Under the pieces are notes generated by a model. It did not search any database. It saw only the letters and a list, made by a program, of their open reading frames with translations, and was not told the DNA's origin. Below are positions 1 through 9,269 of a stretch of DNA of 29,571 bases, piece by piece. The stretch's first letter is position 1; each line of letters begins with the position of its first letter. This stretch comes from a virus (taxonomy: Duplodnaviria > Caudoviricetes), in the IMG/VR virus record IMGVR_UViG_3300044733_002667, positions 1 to 29,571 of that record; one strand, written 5' to 3'. The translations under genes were made by a program, and so were the position numbers.

Positions 1-10
1 ATAGGTTGCC
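1..10 (-). promoter_or_regulatory. Reverse-strand variant (GGCAACCTAT) of the late-gene motif, back-to-back with the + strand copy
   Basis: ATAGGTTGCC|GGCAAGCTAG forms a near-palindrome at 2-19. Confidence 0.4.
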
Positions 11-20
11 GGCAAGCTAG
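11..20 (+). promoter_or_regulatory. GGCAAnCTAG motif copy 1 (putative late promoter)
   Basis: GGCAAGCTAG-GCC-ATG immediately before the tape measure start codon. Confidence 0.65.
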
Positions 21-23
21 GCC

Positions 24-2165
24 ATGGCAGACTCCCTCGGCGAGGTCGTACTAGGCATCAAGGTCGACCAGGCCGGTGCCCAGCAGGCCCTGCAGCAGTT
101 CAGCAATCAGGCCAAGACTGCGGCCAATACGGCCGGCAATGCATTAGAGGGCCTCGACCAACGGCTAGGGCTCACCACGACGCTAGTGAGCAGTCTTGCC
201 GGGGCATTCGGCACGCTCGCCGTCGGTGAGTTTCTGCGGCAGTCAGTACAGGCCGCGATTGATCTAGAGAGCATTACCCGCAAGCTCAGCAACAGCCTCG
301 GTGAACAGGGCGCGGCTGGTGCGTTGAGCTTTGCCCGTGGCCTCGCCGATGAGCTGGGTCTATCCTTCAAGACCCTGGCCAGTACCTTCTCAAGCTTCAC
401 GGCTGCCGCTACTCAAGCTAATGTCCCGCTGGCTCAGCAGCAGGAGCTATTCGCGGCGGTCGCGCGATCCGCCCAGCAGCTGGGCCTCAGCAATGACGAG
501 CTGTCCGGGTCGCTGCTGGCCCTGCAGCAGGTCGCATCGAAAGGCACCGTCCAGATGGAGGAGTTGCGCGGGCAGCTCGGGGAGCGGTTGCCGGTGGCAT
601 TCGCGGCAACTGCCAAGGGCCTCGGGCTGACTCAGCAGGAACTGATCAAGCTGGTTGAATCCGGCAAGCTCACCGCCGCTCAGTTCTTCCCGGCACTGAC
701 CAAGGGTCTTAACGAAATCAGCTCCGGCCCCAATGGCGCTCCCACGACGGCGCAAGAGCTTGGCAAGCTGACGAATGCCATCGATGAACTGAAGACCGAA
801 CTAGGGCAAGGGTTGGTCCCAGCGATCAAACCTGCTATCGATGGCCTCAAAGGGCTGATCACACTGCTGCGGGCATACCGTGAACTGCGGCTGGATCAGC
901 AGTCCCTAGGTGCCGCCGCAATCCCCCTGACACCGCTTGGACCGGGTGCAATCAAGGGCTTTGATGCCTTGATTCAGCGGCTCGGAGTGGCCAAGCTTGC
1001 TACCGACGGCCTCGGAGCCGCCAGCAAGTCGCTACGCCCCCTCCTGGATTCACTCGGCCAGTCCAAGGCCGTTGAGAATACCGGGCAGGCGCTGGATGAC
1101 AGCAAGGGCCGGGCCAACGCTGCCGCAGCAGCATTCGCGGCATCGGCTGCTGCAGCAAAGGCCAGCCTGAACAGTGTTGACAATCTGGCGGCCAAGCTCA
1201 AAGGCCAACGGGCCGAGCTGAATGCCGTTGAAATTGGCTCCGTGCGATTCCAGGAGCTGACGGGTCAGATCCGCACCACCGAAGAGGCCCTGCAGGCTGC
1301 CACCGATGCCGCAAAGGGCACCTCTGCTGCCGTCGCCGAAATCCGGCCCGATACCTTCAACGTCGACACCCAGTCCGCTGCCCTCAAGCTCAACCAGGCA
1401 CGCCTCGACCTGACGGGTCAGATCGCACAGGCCGAAACCGACCTGGCCAATGCCAAGCTCCGCACCGAAGAGGCGCTGCTCAACGCCCAGGAGAAGCGGG
1501 CTCTAGAAGGCGTCACCAATGACCGCACCCGGGCGGCCATCGCGGAAGAGTTCCAGCTCAAGCGCGACGAGCTCGAGCGCCGGAGCTTTGAGCTGAAGGC
1601 TCGGGCATTGGCTGCCGAGAATGCCGCGCAGGTCAAGGCCCTGGAGCTTGAATCCAAGCTGACGGAGCTTGCCGCCCGTCGTGGTGTCATCGCTGCTCAA
1701 GCGCAGCTGTCCCAGGCACAGGCGAAAGGCAATCAAGGTGAAGTGCAGGCCGCTCAGCAGGCCCTATCGCTCGCCCAGCAGGAATACGCCATCGCCCGCG
1801 AGATCAGCGCCGAGAAGATCGCCGGCACCAAGCAGCTATTCGAGCTTCGCCGGCAGCAGCTCGAGCAGGAGCGCCGGGCCGCCGCCGCCGATGACCTGGC
1901 ATTGCCGCAGGTGCAGCAGCAGTCCGGCTTCCGTTCCCTCCTGGATTCCATCCAGATCGACCCGGCACCAATCCAGGAGAACAGCAAAGCATCCTTGACT
2001 GCTGCCGAAAACATCAGCAACAGCAATACCGCCCTAGTCGATCGGATCGGCAACCTTGAACAGTCCATCGGCGGCCTCGTCGAGAAGGATTGGACTGTTC
2101 AGGTCAACGTCACCAACGAAGCCGGTGGGGCTGCCACCGTGAACACCGTCAATAGCCTCCAATGA
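24..2165 (+). CDS. Tail tape measure protein
   Basis: 713 aa, Ala/Leu/Gln-rich and helical. Contains the tape-measure N-terminal signature 'ALQQVASKGTVQMEELRGQLGERLPVAF...LIKLVESGKL' and a long coiled-coil C-terminal half. Confidence 0.93.
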   Translation: MADSLGEVVLGIKVDQAGAQQALQQFSNQAKTAANTAGNALEGLDQRLGLTTTLVSSLAGAFGTLAVGEFLRQSVQAAIDLESITRKLSNSLGEQGAAGALSFARGLADELGLSFKTLASTFSSFTAAATQANVPLAQQQELFAAVARSAQQLGLSNDELSGSLLALQQVASKGTVQMEELRGQLGERLPVAFAATAKGLGLTQQELIKLVESGKLTAAQFFPALTKGLNEISSGPNGAPTTAQELGKLTNAIDELKTELGQGLVPAIKPAIDGLKGLITLLRAYRELRLDQQSLGAAAIPLTPLGPGAIKGFDALIQRLGVAKLATDGLGAASKSLRPLLDSLGQSKAVENTGQALDDSKGRANAAAAAFAASAAAAKASLNSVDNLAAKLKGQRAELNAVEIGSVRFQELTGQIRTTEEALQAATDAAKGTSAAVAEIRPDTFNVDTQSAALKLNQARLDLTGQIAQAETDLANAKLRTEEALLNAQEKRALEGVTNDRTRAAIAEEFQLKRDELERRSFELKARALAAENAAQVKALELESKLTELAARRGVIAAQAQLSQAQAKGNQGEVQAAQQALSLAQQEYAIAREISAEKIAGTKQLFELRRQQLEQERRAAAADDLALPQVQQQSGFRSLLDSIQIDPAPIQENSKASLTAAENISNSNTALVDRIGNLEQSIGGLVEKDWTVQVNVTNEAGGAATVNTVNSLQ

Positions 2166-2908
2166 CCGTCACCATCGGCGCTTTCTCCTGCACCCATCTC
2201 ACCGCTCAGCCGTTCGGCTACGAAGGTGATGCACGGCAAGGCCTTACCTCGCGCTTCTGGTCCATCTCTGGCCTCCTCACAAAGACCCAGTGGACCGCCC
2301 TCCTTAGCGTCTACGACACCTGGCGTGATGCACGAATCCAGGATCAGGACACCGCCCTATCGGGCGCCATCGGCACCACCGTCAGCCTCACCGCTGATGG
2401 CTTCGGCCAGTCGTGGTCATCGGTCGCATGCTGGTTCGTGTCAGCCCCTGCCGGTGAGCAGCTCGGCGCCTATGTCCAGGCATCCTTTACCCTCGTTGAT
2501 GCCACCCAGGCTCTGGCGGTGCTGCTACGGGAGCAGGAGAAGGGCCGGCAATCGGAGGAGGCCAGCAGGCCCGCCTACGGCACCCTCACGCTCGGCAGCT
2601 GCACCCTGACGCTGATCGAAGAACCCGTCGGCTATCAGGACGCACCGAACCTGCAGCTCACCGCTGGCGGTCGTCACTATGTCCAAGGCCCACTGGCCGC
2701 GACCAAGCTGCGGAAGGTCGTCGGCACCACCACCTCGGCCGGCTGGTCGGCCCTGCAGACGTGGTACGAAGCCATTGTGCAGACGACCCCAGCAGCCGGC
2801 ACCTACTGGCCCATCAGCCCGCCTGAGGCCACAGGAGAGGTCATCATCGACGGTGGAGCCAAGGCCACCCGTTACACCGTGAACCTGACCCAAGCATTGG
2901 TCCGATGA
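2162..2908 (+). CDS. Tail protein, putative distal tail (Dit-like), internally duplicated
   Basis: ATGA-coupled directly after the tape measure gene. Two similar halves (TVTIG..QPFGYEGD..W.AL...Y..W / TLTLG..EPVGYQD..W.ALQ.WY). The Dit call comes from synteny only. Confidence 0.55.
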   Translation: MTVTIGAFSCTHLTAQPFGYEGDARQGLTSRFWSISGLLTKTQWTALLSVYDTWRDARIQDQDTALSGAIGTTVSLTADGFGQSWSSVACWFVSAPAGEQLGAYVQASFTLVDATQALAVLLREQEKGRQSEEASRPAYGTLTLGSCTLTLIEEPVGYQDAPNLQLTAGGRHYVQGPLAATKLRKVVGTTTSAGWSALQTWYEAIVQTTPAAGTYWPISPPEATGEVIIDGGAKATRYTVNLTQALVR

Positions 2909-4911
2909 CGATTGACATTCGCGCCAACGTCTTCTGCAACCTCGGCCCGATCATCGAAGGCAGCCTGTCAGATTCCTATGTGCAAGGCAACGGGCTGATC
3001 TACTGCCGCGGATCGGTCACGCTCGACGGCATCTACCAGCCAACCTTGGGGCAGGTGGTGGACTTTGCCTATCAGAAAAACGGCTGGCTCTCGCGCTTCC
3101 CCCGTCGCCTGCGGGTCCTGTCATCGTTCGCGGATCCCTTCACCCGCCAGACCCAGATCGAGCTGGGCTGCAAGCTGACCTACCTGAAGGACTACAAGAA
3201 GCGCGACTATCAGAAGGACACCAGCCGCAAGCTACCCACGATCGCGATCAGCGCTGCAGCGGACCCGACGAATCCCATCCGCGTTCAGGATCGCGGCTAC
3301 ATCCCGCAGAGCATCGCGGTTAACTATGTGATCAATACCTGCCTGACTGCACTTGGCATCACGGCTGCTGCAGCCCTCCCGTTTGCGGTGCGGTTCAACG
3401 GGTCGAAGTTCGAGGCCGACACCACCTACGTCGGCATGATCGACGAAATCCTGAAAAGTGCCGCTTACATCGGCTACCTCAACGAGTCCGAACAGCTGGT
3501 CCTGCGCAACCTGACCGATGACTCCGGCACCGGACCTGTCATCGGCCGTGATGAAGTCATCGCCATGGAACCCATCGCGGTCGGCGAATTGGGCGGCGAA
3601 ACCGTCGACGTGACGACGCCTAACTACACCTTCGCCCCAGGCTCGATCCAGGCCGGTGAGGACAGCATCGACGAGGGCAGCCCGCAGGATCCCCCAGGGC
3701 CCCCGGATACACCTGAGCCGCCGGACGATCCCAACCAGCCGCCAGACCTGCCACCGTCGCGGGTGTTGTGGACCTATGACGAGTCCATTGGTGGCCTCCA
3801 GCGGCTGGAGATCGTCTGGAACCCGGCGCCACCTGCTACGACGAAGGCCACCTATTTCTTGAACTACGTGCCATTCGTCTACACCACAACCGAGTACGAC
3901 GAAAACAACCGAGTCGCTAAGCGCACCACCACCGAACGCACTTATGCACCCGTGGCAAACGGATCCTACTTTAAGGAGGCGCTTGAGTTCTACAACGGTT
4001 CCGTTTCTGGCTCTTATCCGTTACTGATGCAGACCATCGAGCGGTACGAGTACGACAACAATGGCACCCTGATTCGGCAGGTGCAGGAACGCTACGAACC
4101 GGAAGTCGTCAGCATTGGCAAATCAGCCATCCGCTACACCTACGACGTCAGCGGCGGCCAGACGATCTACAACCCACGCCTAACGCCTGCCTATCTAGCC
4201 GAGCGCACGACCACGGACTATGCCAAGTGGGAAGCCACGACGGACGATGGGCTGGTCATCAAGTACAGCAAGACCAAACGGACCGTCGAGAAGTTGCCAT
4301 TGCACACCCAGGAGGGCCAGCAGGCCATCGCCAGACAGGCCGAGGATGCCAGTGCTTACTCTGAGGTGGTCGCCTTGGCCACAGCCATGCTGCGCGGGCT
4401 GGCGATTGATTCGGTCGAGCTGCAGAACAGCCAGGAGGTCAGCACCGCCGAAGCCAAACAGATCGCACCACCAGACCAGGCGCGACCCGACCCGGATCAA
4501 CTGCTGGCCGAGAAGTTCCGCACTCAAGACACCGTCAAGGCAAAGGTGAAGATCCAAGCCGGGCAGGAAACTGACAAGCGCGAGGTGGGCTACAGCTTGC
4601 CTTATGCCTTCGCCGATTACTACGTCTACGATCCGATCCTGGCCAAATACACTCCCGTCGGTGAGACCATCAATGGGCAGGTGCTGCGGTTCGCCAGGAT
4701 CCAGAATCGTCTCCGGCTCGCCAATCGTGCCGGCCTGTCGCTGCAGCTGGAACCCGAGCTGGTGCCGGTCCGGCCCTTTGATCCGCTCTACATCAACCTT
4801 GACGGCATCGTGGGCCAGTACCGCGTCAATGGCACCTCCTGGGCCTTCTCCGCCGATGGCATCGCGGCACAGGTTGATGCCATGTTCTGGGGAGGCGTCG
4901 GCACCGTATGA
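2905..4911 (+). CDS. Large tail-tip / baseplate hub-like protein
   Basis: 668 aa, second gene after the tape measure gene. Pro-rich linker (PQDPPGPPDTPEPPDD) and Tyr/Thr-rich beta segments. Function inferred from synteny. Confidence 0.55.
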   Translation: MTIDIRANVFCNLGPIIEGSLSDSYVQGNGLIYCRGSVTLDGIYQPTLGQVVDFAYQKNGWLSRFPRRLRVLSSFADPFTRQTQIELGCKLTYLKDYKKRDYQKDTSRKLPTIAISAAADPTNPIRVQDRGYIPQSIAVNYVINTCLTALGITAAAALPFAVRFNGSKFEADTTYVGMIDEILKSAAYIGYLNESEQLVLRNLTDDSGTGPVIGRDEVIAMEPIAVGELGGETVDVTTPNYTFAPGSIQAGEDSIDEGSPQDPPGPPDTPEPPDDPNQPPDLPPSRVLWTYDESIGGLQRLEIVWNPAPPATTKATYFLNYVPFVYTTTEYDENNRVAKRTTTERTYAPVANGSYFKEALEFYNGSVSGSYPLLMQTIERYEYDNNGTLIRQVQERYEPEVVSIGKSAIRYTYDVSGGQTIYNPRLTPAYLAERTTTDYAKWEATTDDGLVIKYSKTKRTVEKLPLHTQEGQQAIARQAEDASAYSEVVALATAMLRGLAIDSVELQNSQEVSTAEAKQIAPPDQARPDPDQLLAEKFRTQDTVKAKVKIQAGQETDKREVGYSLPYAFADYYVYDPILAKYTPVGETINGQVLRFARIQNRLRLANRAGLSLQLEPELVPVRPFDPLYINLDGIVGQYRVNGTSWAFSADGIAAQVDAMFWGGVGTV

Positions 4912-5657
4912 CCGCTGTATCGCTCGAAACCCGCACCGCTCTCCTGGCCTCCGCGCCAGCAGCAGCGGCGATCTGGTTCCCGACACCGCCAGGTGTCACG
5001 ACGCTCGGGGCGGCACCTGCGATCTCGACCAACCCGACACCGCAGCCGCCCAATGCCGTCGCGGTCCCCGCTGGGTTCGATCCGGCCAACCTGCAGGCCC
5101 TATTCGGCACGATCCTGCCGTATGCCGTCGCGCCGGTCTGGCCCAAGGTGATGACCGCGGCCCGGGTGCTGGCGCCGTTCAATGAGGAAATCCCCGCCGA
5201 TGCTGCGACCACCACGGCCCTTGTGGTTGGGGAGCTCCCCTATGCGCTGATCCTGCCGGGTGATGCCGCGGCGCTGCAGACCCTGACCAAGCTCGACGCC
5301 GTCACGCTGCTACTGGTTGGCCTTGAGAGCGTGGCCCTGTCGACCCTGACGGGCCTCGACGCGCAGACGTGGCTACAGATCGGCATCGAGACCGTCAGCC
5401 TTGGCACCACGACCCAGCTGGGCATTGAACTGAAGTCTGGCGGTCTGCTCGACACACTGACGGCCCTTGACGTGGTGGTGCCACCGCCGACCGTGATCAC
5501 GGTCCTCACTGGCCTCCAGGTCGTGCCATCGACGGAAGTCCTACTCGAGGTGGAGACCAGCAGTGGGGCCAGCGATGAGACCTACTTCAATTCGTGGAGC
5601 TGGCAGCACTACGAATGGGACGCCGAGGCCGTGTGGCCTGAAGGCTGGGCAAACTAG
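4908..5657 (+). CDS. Putative virion structural protein with T-x-T-x-L repeats
   Basis: ATGA-coupled; 249 aa, Thr/Leu/Val-rich with recurring TLTxLD-like units. Confidence 0.6.
   Translation: MTAVSLETRTALLASAPAAAAIWFPTPPGVTTLGAAPAISTNPTPQPPNAVAVPAGFDPANLQALFGTILPYAVAPVWPKVMTAARVLAPFNEEIPADAATTTALVVGELPYALILPGDAAALQTLTKLDAVTLLLVGLESVALSTLTGLDAQTWLQIGIETVSLGTTTQLGIELKSGGLLDTLTALDVVVPPPTVITVLTGLQVVPSTEVLLEVETSSGASDETYFNSWSWQHYEWDAEAVWPEGWAN
5648..5657 (+). promoter_or_regulatory. GGCAAnCTAG motif copy 2
   Basis: GGCAAACTAG; its TAG is the upstream stop codon; next ATG 17 nt later. Confidence 0.6.
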
Positions 5658-5674
5658 CGCGATGGCATGACCTG

Positions 5675-6031
5675 ATGGCTGCTCCAAACCTACGGGTCCC
5701 GCTAACGGTCACCGGCAAGCTGGCCTTGGCTCAGGCCTCCACCACCTTGGCATCGGTGCTGGCCAATGGATCCAGCAGCGGCAAGGTGCTCAAGGTCACG
5801 ACGATCCGGGCGTGCAACATTACCGCGTCATCCTCCAGCATCTCAATCACCGTCTATCGGGCCTCGACCCATCGGTATCTGATCAAGGCGGCGCCGGTCG
5901 ATGCTGGCCTGTCGCTGATCGTCACCAGCCGGGAGGATTACATCTACCTGGAGGAGGGTGATGCGCTCTATGCCCAGTCGTCGGGTGCGTCAGCGTTTGA
6001 TGTGTCCGTTGCTTATGAGGAGGTGAGCTGA
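5675..6031 (+). CDS. Small beta-rich tail-associated protein
   Basis: 118 aa, resembles small beta-sandwich tail/fibre adaptor proteins ('IYLEEGDAL...VSVAYEEVS'). TGATG-coupled to the next gene. Confidence 0.65.
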   Translation: MAAPNLRVPLTVTGKLALAQASTTLASVLANGSSSGKVLKVTTIRACNITASSSSISITVYRASTHRYLIKAAPVDAGLSLIVTSREDYIYLEEGDALYAQSSGASAFDVSVAYEEVS

Positions 6032-6921
6032 TGGCTGTCGTAACCACCACGTTCAGCAGTGCGGCAGGCGATGTGTGGGCATCCCCGACCTGGGTGAGCA
6101 CCGACCCCAGCTGGAAGCTTGACGTTCAGCTGACCAACTGGGTGACGGCGATCAATGACGCCAGCAAAATCAGTATCATCCACGATCCGGGCGATGCAAC
6201 CGCTCGTGGCACCAGTGATGAGGTGCGCTGGCTGCTGCGGTGCCGTGAGTCCGACACGTCAAGCGATTATGGGATCAGGTTTTGCAATATGCAGGCTGGT
6301 GGTGCCAACACGAGCTCCCAGGGAATCTATTACGGCAGAACAGCGGGCAGCGCCAATAACGGCGCCGGCGCAGCTACTTTCGCCAACATTGGTGGCTCTG
6401 GAGCTGTCGCGGGATCGCTAACCAGTTATGCCGTTGACTATAGGACCGCCTACGACGCTGAAGGCGCGACCCCATGGTTCGCTTTTATGAGTCGATTTGT
6501 TCAGAGTGGCAGCAATCTCGGAGCGATTAACTTCTTGTGCAGGCTGTCAACGGCAAACATGGCCGCCGGCAGCTATTACCCATCGACAGGACTTGGAAAG
6601 TGGCTTTACGCTTCGCAGGCTGGTAACTACTTGTCCTCAAACAGCATCCCACAGTTCTTAACGCCTCAGCGAAACACAAGCGCTCCTTACATTGGCTTGC
6701 AGTCAAGCATTGCGCTTCGTGCACCGCAGCCAGCCGTAACTTATGGCAATGGCTACTTCTTTAAGCTCGGCGCCCAGTATGGCGACACTCACTTTCTAGG
6801 TGAGCCAACATACGACATGCTGGTTTCCAATGGTGCGACAGGCGACTGGAGCGACACGGTGATCCTTGAAGGTAAGACCTACGCCCGCTCTGTTGGGTGC
6901 CTCTGGGTGAGGATCGCCTGA
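6031..6921 (+). CDS. Putative tail fibre / receptor-binding protein
   Basis: 296 aa, Gly/Ser/Thr/aromatic-rich. The central and C-terminal part is visibly lower in GC than the flanks. Confidence 0.5.
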   Translation: MAVVTTTFSSAAGDVWASPTWVSTDPSWKLDVQLTNWVTAINDASKISIIHDPGDATARGTSDEVRWLLRCRESDTSSDYGIRFCNMQAGGANTSSQGIYYGRTAGSANNGAGAATFANIGGSGAVAGSLTSYAVDYRTAYDAEGATPWFAFMSRFVQSGSNLGAINFLCRLSTANMAAGSYYPSTGLGKWLYASQAGNYLSSNSIPQFLTPQRNTSAPYIGLQSSIALRAPQPAVTYGNGYFFKLGAQYGDTHFLGEPTYDMLVSNGATGDWSDTVILEGKTYARSVGCLWVRIA

Positions 6922-7097
6922 TGGCCGTCATCACCCCCAACGGTTACGCCTACCACTTCCTCGGCGGCGTCTCCCTCTGGCCTCCGGCTGAATATCCCCT
7001 GCAGTCGCTCACCTTCCTTGATGCACGGCCTGATCCGCCGCCCTATCCCGTCCGTCCACCCTGGCGGCGGGCGATCCGCACCATCTCGGCAACCTAG
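6921..7097 (+). CDS. Small Pro-rich hypothetical protein (58 aa)
   Basis: Start revised to ATG 6921 (TGATG overlap); MAVITPNGYAYHF...; ends in the TAG of a motif copy. Confidence 0.65.
   Translation: MAVITPNGYAYHFLGGVSLWPPAEYPLQSLTFLDARPDPPPYPVRPPWRRAIRTISAT
7088..7097 (+). promoter_or_regulatory. GGCAAnCTAG motif copy 3
   Basis: GGCAACCTAG; next ATG at 7115, 17 nt later. Confidence 0.6.
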
Positions 7098-7114
7098 ACC
7101 AAACCGGTGAAACC

Positions 7115-7522
7115 ATGGCAATCACGACCACCATCAGCACGAGAGAACTGCTCCGCCAATCGGCGGCGGTCTTTGATGGCAAGGCCTACCGGGTCTATCT
7201 CGCCACAAACAATGGCAGCCTTACTGCTGAATCCACGCACAGCGCCTGGAGTGCTGTTGAGGTTGGTGGTGGTACTGGTTACGCTGCTGTTACCGGCACC
7301 CTCGGAGCTGGTGTTTACCAGGCAGGGACTGGTCGGGTCGAAGTCCCAGCCATCACTGCCACCTTCACCGCGACCGGGGCTGGGTTCTCCTATGACACGG
7401 TGGTGATCAGGATTGCCACCGAAACCTACGTGCATTCCATCATCGTGGAATCCCCGTCGATCACGCTTGCCGCTGGTCAATCCAAGACCTATACCCTCAC
7501 CTTCAGCCAGAACGACGCCTGA
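7115..7522 (+). CDS. Putative tail structural protein
   Basis: 135 aa, Thr/Gly-rich beta protein within the tail operon. Confidence 0.65.
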   Translation: MAITTTISTRELLRQSAAVFDGKAYRVYLATNNGSLTAESTHSAWSAVEVGGGTGYAAVTGTLGAGVYQAGTGRVEVPAITATFTATGAGFSYDTVVIRIATETYVHSIIVESPSITLAAGQSKTYTLTFSQNDA

Positions 7523-7524
7523 TC

Positions 7525-9165
7525 GTGGCCACGATCATTCACGTCATCCTGAAAGGGTCGGCCCTGCTCAATCGCCTGCTCAGCCAACAGGCATCCAACC
7601 GCAAGGCCCTCACCGAACAGGAACGGCAGAAGCGCGAACAGGCGGTCGTCGAGCAGAAGCGCCGCCAGGCCATTGCTAAGGCGGCCCCGCCATCCTTCAC
7701 CCGTAGGGTCGAGGAGCCCGCCGCGACACCAACAGGTGCACCGACGGTTCTGCTGATCTCCTGCACCTTCATCGACCTGCCCGAGTGGTCCTATCCCGGT
7801 GGAGTCGCAAGGGCTCCGGATGCGACCGCACAACTCAACGCAGCTCAGGTCCCGGCCACAGGCAAGCTGCTGACCGTCACGGCGCCACCGTTCACGCTTG
7901 AGGACTGGCAAGACTTCGACGGTCGTGCACCACAGGCCGGTGGTGTCTACCAGCGCCTGTACCGGCCCTATACGGCCATCCACAACCGCGGCGTCTCATT
8001 CTCGTTCGGGCGGTCCTATGCCGTGCTGCCAAAGGCCCTCAGCCTCTCTGGCACCGACGTGGCAACCATGGCCGCGCCGCAGTTCGAGTCATTGCGGACT
8101 GACCCGACGGCGCAAGAGTTCCCGTTTATGGTCTACCCCTACGTCATTGGCCCCCGTGGATTCGCGGTCGGTTACGACGGGCCGAACATCATCCTGCAGG
8201 TTTACACCGAAGCCAGCGCCAGGGACAGTGACGACAAGCCCGGCTGTGCAATCCTCTACAGCGTCGGTGACCAGTTCCGGATCGTTCCGTTTCTGATCTA
8301 CAGCACCAGCCCATCGGCGCAGACAGCCAACACCTTCATGCGGTCATACTGGACCACGCCCGATACGCTCTACACCGTCGCCGCAGTGGATCGCACCGTC
8401 ACCGGCGAGGTGCGTTACACCATCAGCGGCGCCACGTGGCCGGCAGTCTCGATCAGTGGCCTGCGGTTCTACATGATCCGGTCCTATGCCACCTGGGACC
8501 AGGTCCCGCCGACTGAGGTGCGCTGGGCGTATGACGCTGCAGGTATCCCCGCCGTAGACCTGCCGCCTAACCCGCTCAACGACAAGACCTTTCGCCTATC
8601 GGCAAGCATCGACTATCAGAACCCGTACAAGAAAGACGCCTACATCGCCACCACCTATGAACACCCGCTCTACAGCATGGCGACGCCACGAATCCAGAAG
8701 GGGCCGACCGGGATTGCGGCAGTCTGGCCCACCCAACAAGCGCTGATCGATGGCCAGGCCAATGCCTACTCCTTCTATCGGCAGAAGTTCAGCGCCGCGA
8801 GTCGCAGCACAACATCATCCGAGGCCGGTGCGGCATCGTTCGATCAGATCCAGACCGGCAACGATGCCTGGGACAGCAGCATCCCGGCAGACTATGTGCC
8901 GACCTATCAGCTCCGGCGATTTGAGCCGCGTATTGTCTATGACCAATCGACCGACGTGATCACATTCAACTTCGCCAAAGATGGTGACGACAATGCCGAT
9001 AGCCCCTACTATCCCGTCCGGATTCCACGCGCACAACTTCGCCCCCTGCTGGATTCCACCCGCGGCAACTGGTTCTTTGGCTATAACCCGCCCTACAGCA
9101 CCTTCGAGAACCGCACACCACCAGGCCGCTACGCTCAACTGGAGGTGAGCATCATCAGCGCATGA
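7525..9165 (+). CDS. Putative virion protein with N-terminal coiled coil (QQxxNR) and large aromatic-rich beta domain
   Basis: 546 aa, GTG start; N-terminus LLNRLLSQQASNRKALTEQERQKREQ; Tyr/Pro/Thr-rich body. Confidence 0.65.
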   Translation: MATIIHVILKGSALLNRLLSQQASNRKALTEQERQKREQAVVEQKRRQAIAKAAPPSFTRRVEEPAATPTGAPTVLLISCTFIDLPEWSYPGGVARAPDATAQLNAAQVPATGKLLTVTAPPFTLEDWQDFDGRAPQAGGVYQRLYRPYTAIHNRGVSFSFGRSYAVLPKALSLSGTDVATMAAPQFESLRTDPTAQEFPFMVYPYVIGPRGFAVGYDGPNIILQVYTEASARDSDDKPGCAILYSVGDQFRIVPFLIYSTSPSAQTANTFMRSYWTTPDTLYTVAAVDRTVTGEVRYTISGATWPAVSISGLRFYMIRSYATWDQVPPTEVRWAYDAAGIPAVDLPPNPLNDKTFRLSASIDYQNPYKKDAYIATTYEHPLYSMATPRIQKGPTGIAAVWPTQQALIDGQANAYSFYRQKFSAASRSTTSSEAGAASFDQIQTGNDAWDSSIPADYVPTYQLRRFEPRIVYDQSTDVITFNFAKDGDDNADSPYYPVRIPRAQLRPLLDSTRGNWFFGYNPPYSTFENRTPPGRYAQLEVSIISA

Positions 9166-9269
9166 CCAGCCATCAACTGATCGCCAAACTCGCACGGCAA
9201 CAGGCCGCCAATCGCGCCTCACTCCTCCGTAACGAACAGACCGCCGCCACCCTCGCCGCTGCCAAGTGA
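9162..9269 (+). CDS. 35-aa mini-protein resembling the N-terminus of the upstream gene
   Basis: MTSHQLIAKLARQQAANRASLLRNEQTAATLAAAK*; ATGA overlap upstream and GTGA overlap downstream. Below the ORF-track cutoff. Confidence 0.6.
   Translation: MTSHQLIAKLARQQAANRASLLRNEQTAATLAAAK

Noticed and set aside
1257-1424. 15-bp repeat CTGACGGGTCAGATC and nearby ACCGAAGAGGC repeats in the tape measure gene
   Set aside because: In-frame and explained by the ordinary repeat structure of tape measure proteins.
6031-9165. Possible diversity-generating retroelement target in the tail genes
   Set aside because: No reverse transcriptase and no TR/VR pair with adenine-specific mismatches seen in the window.
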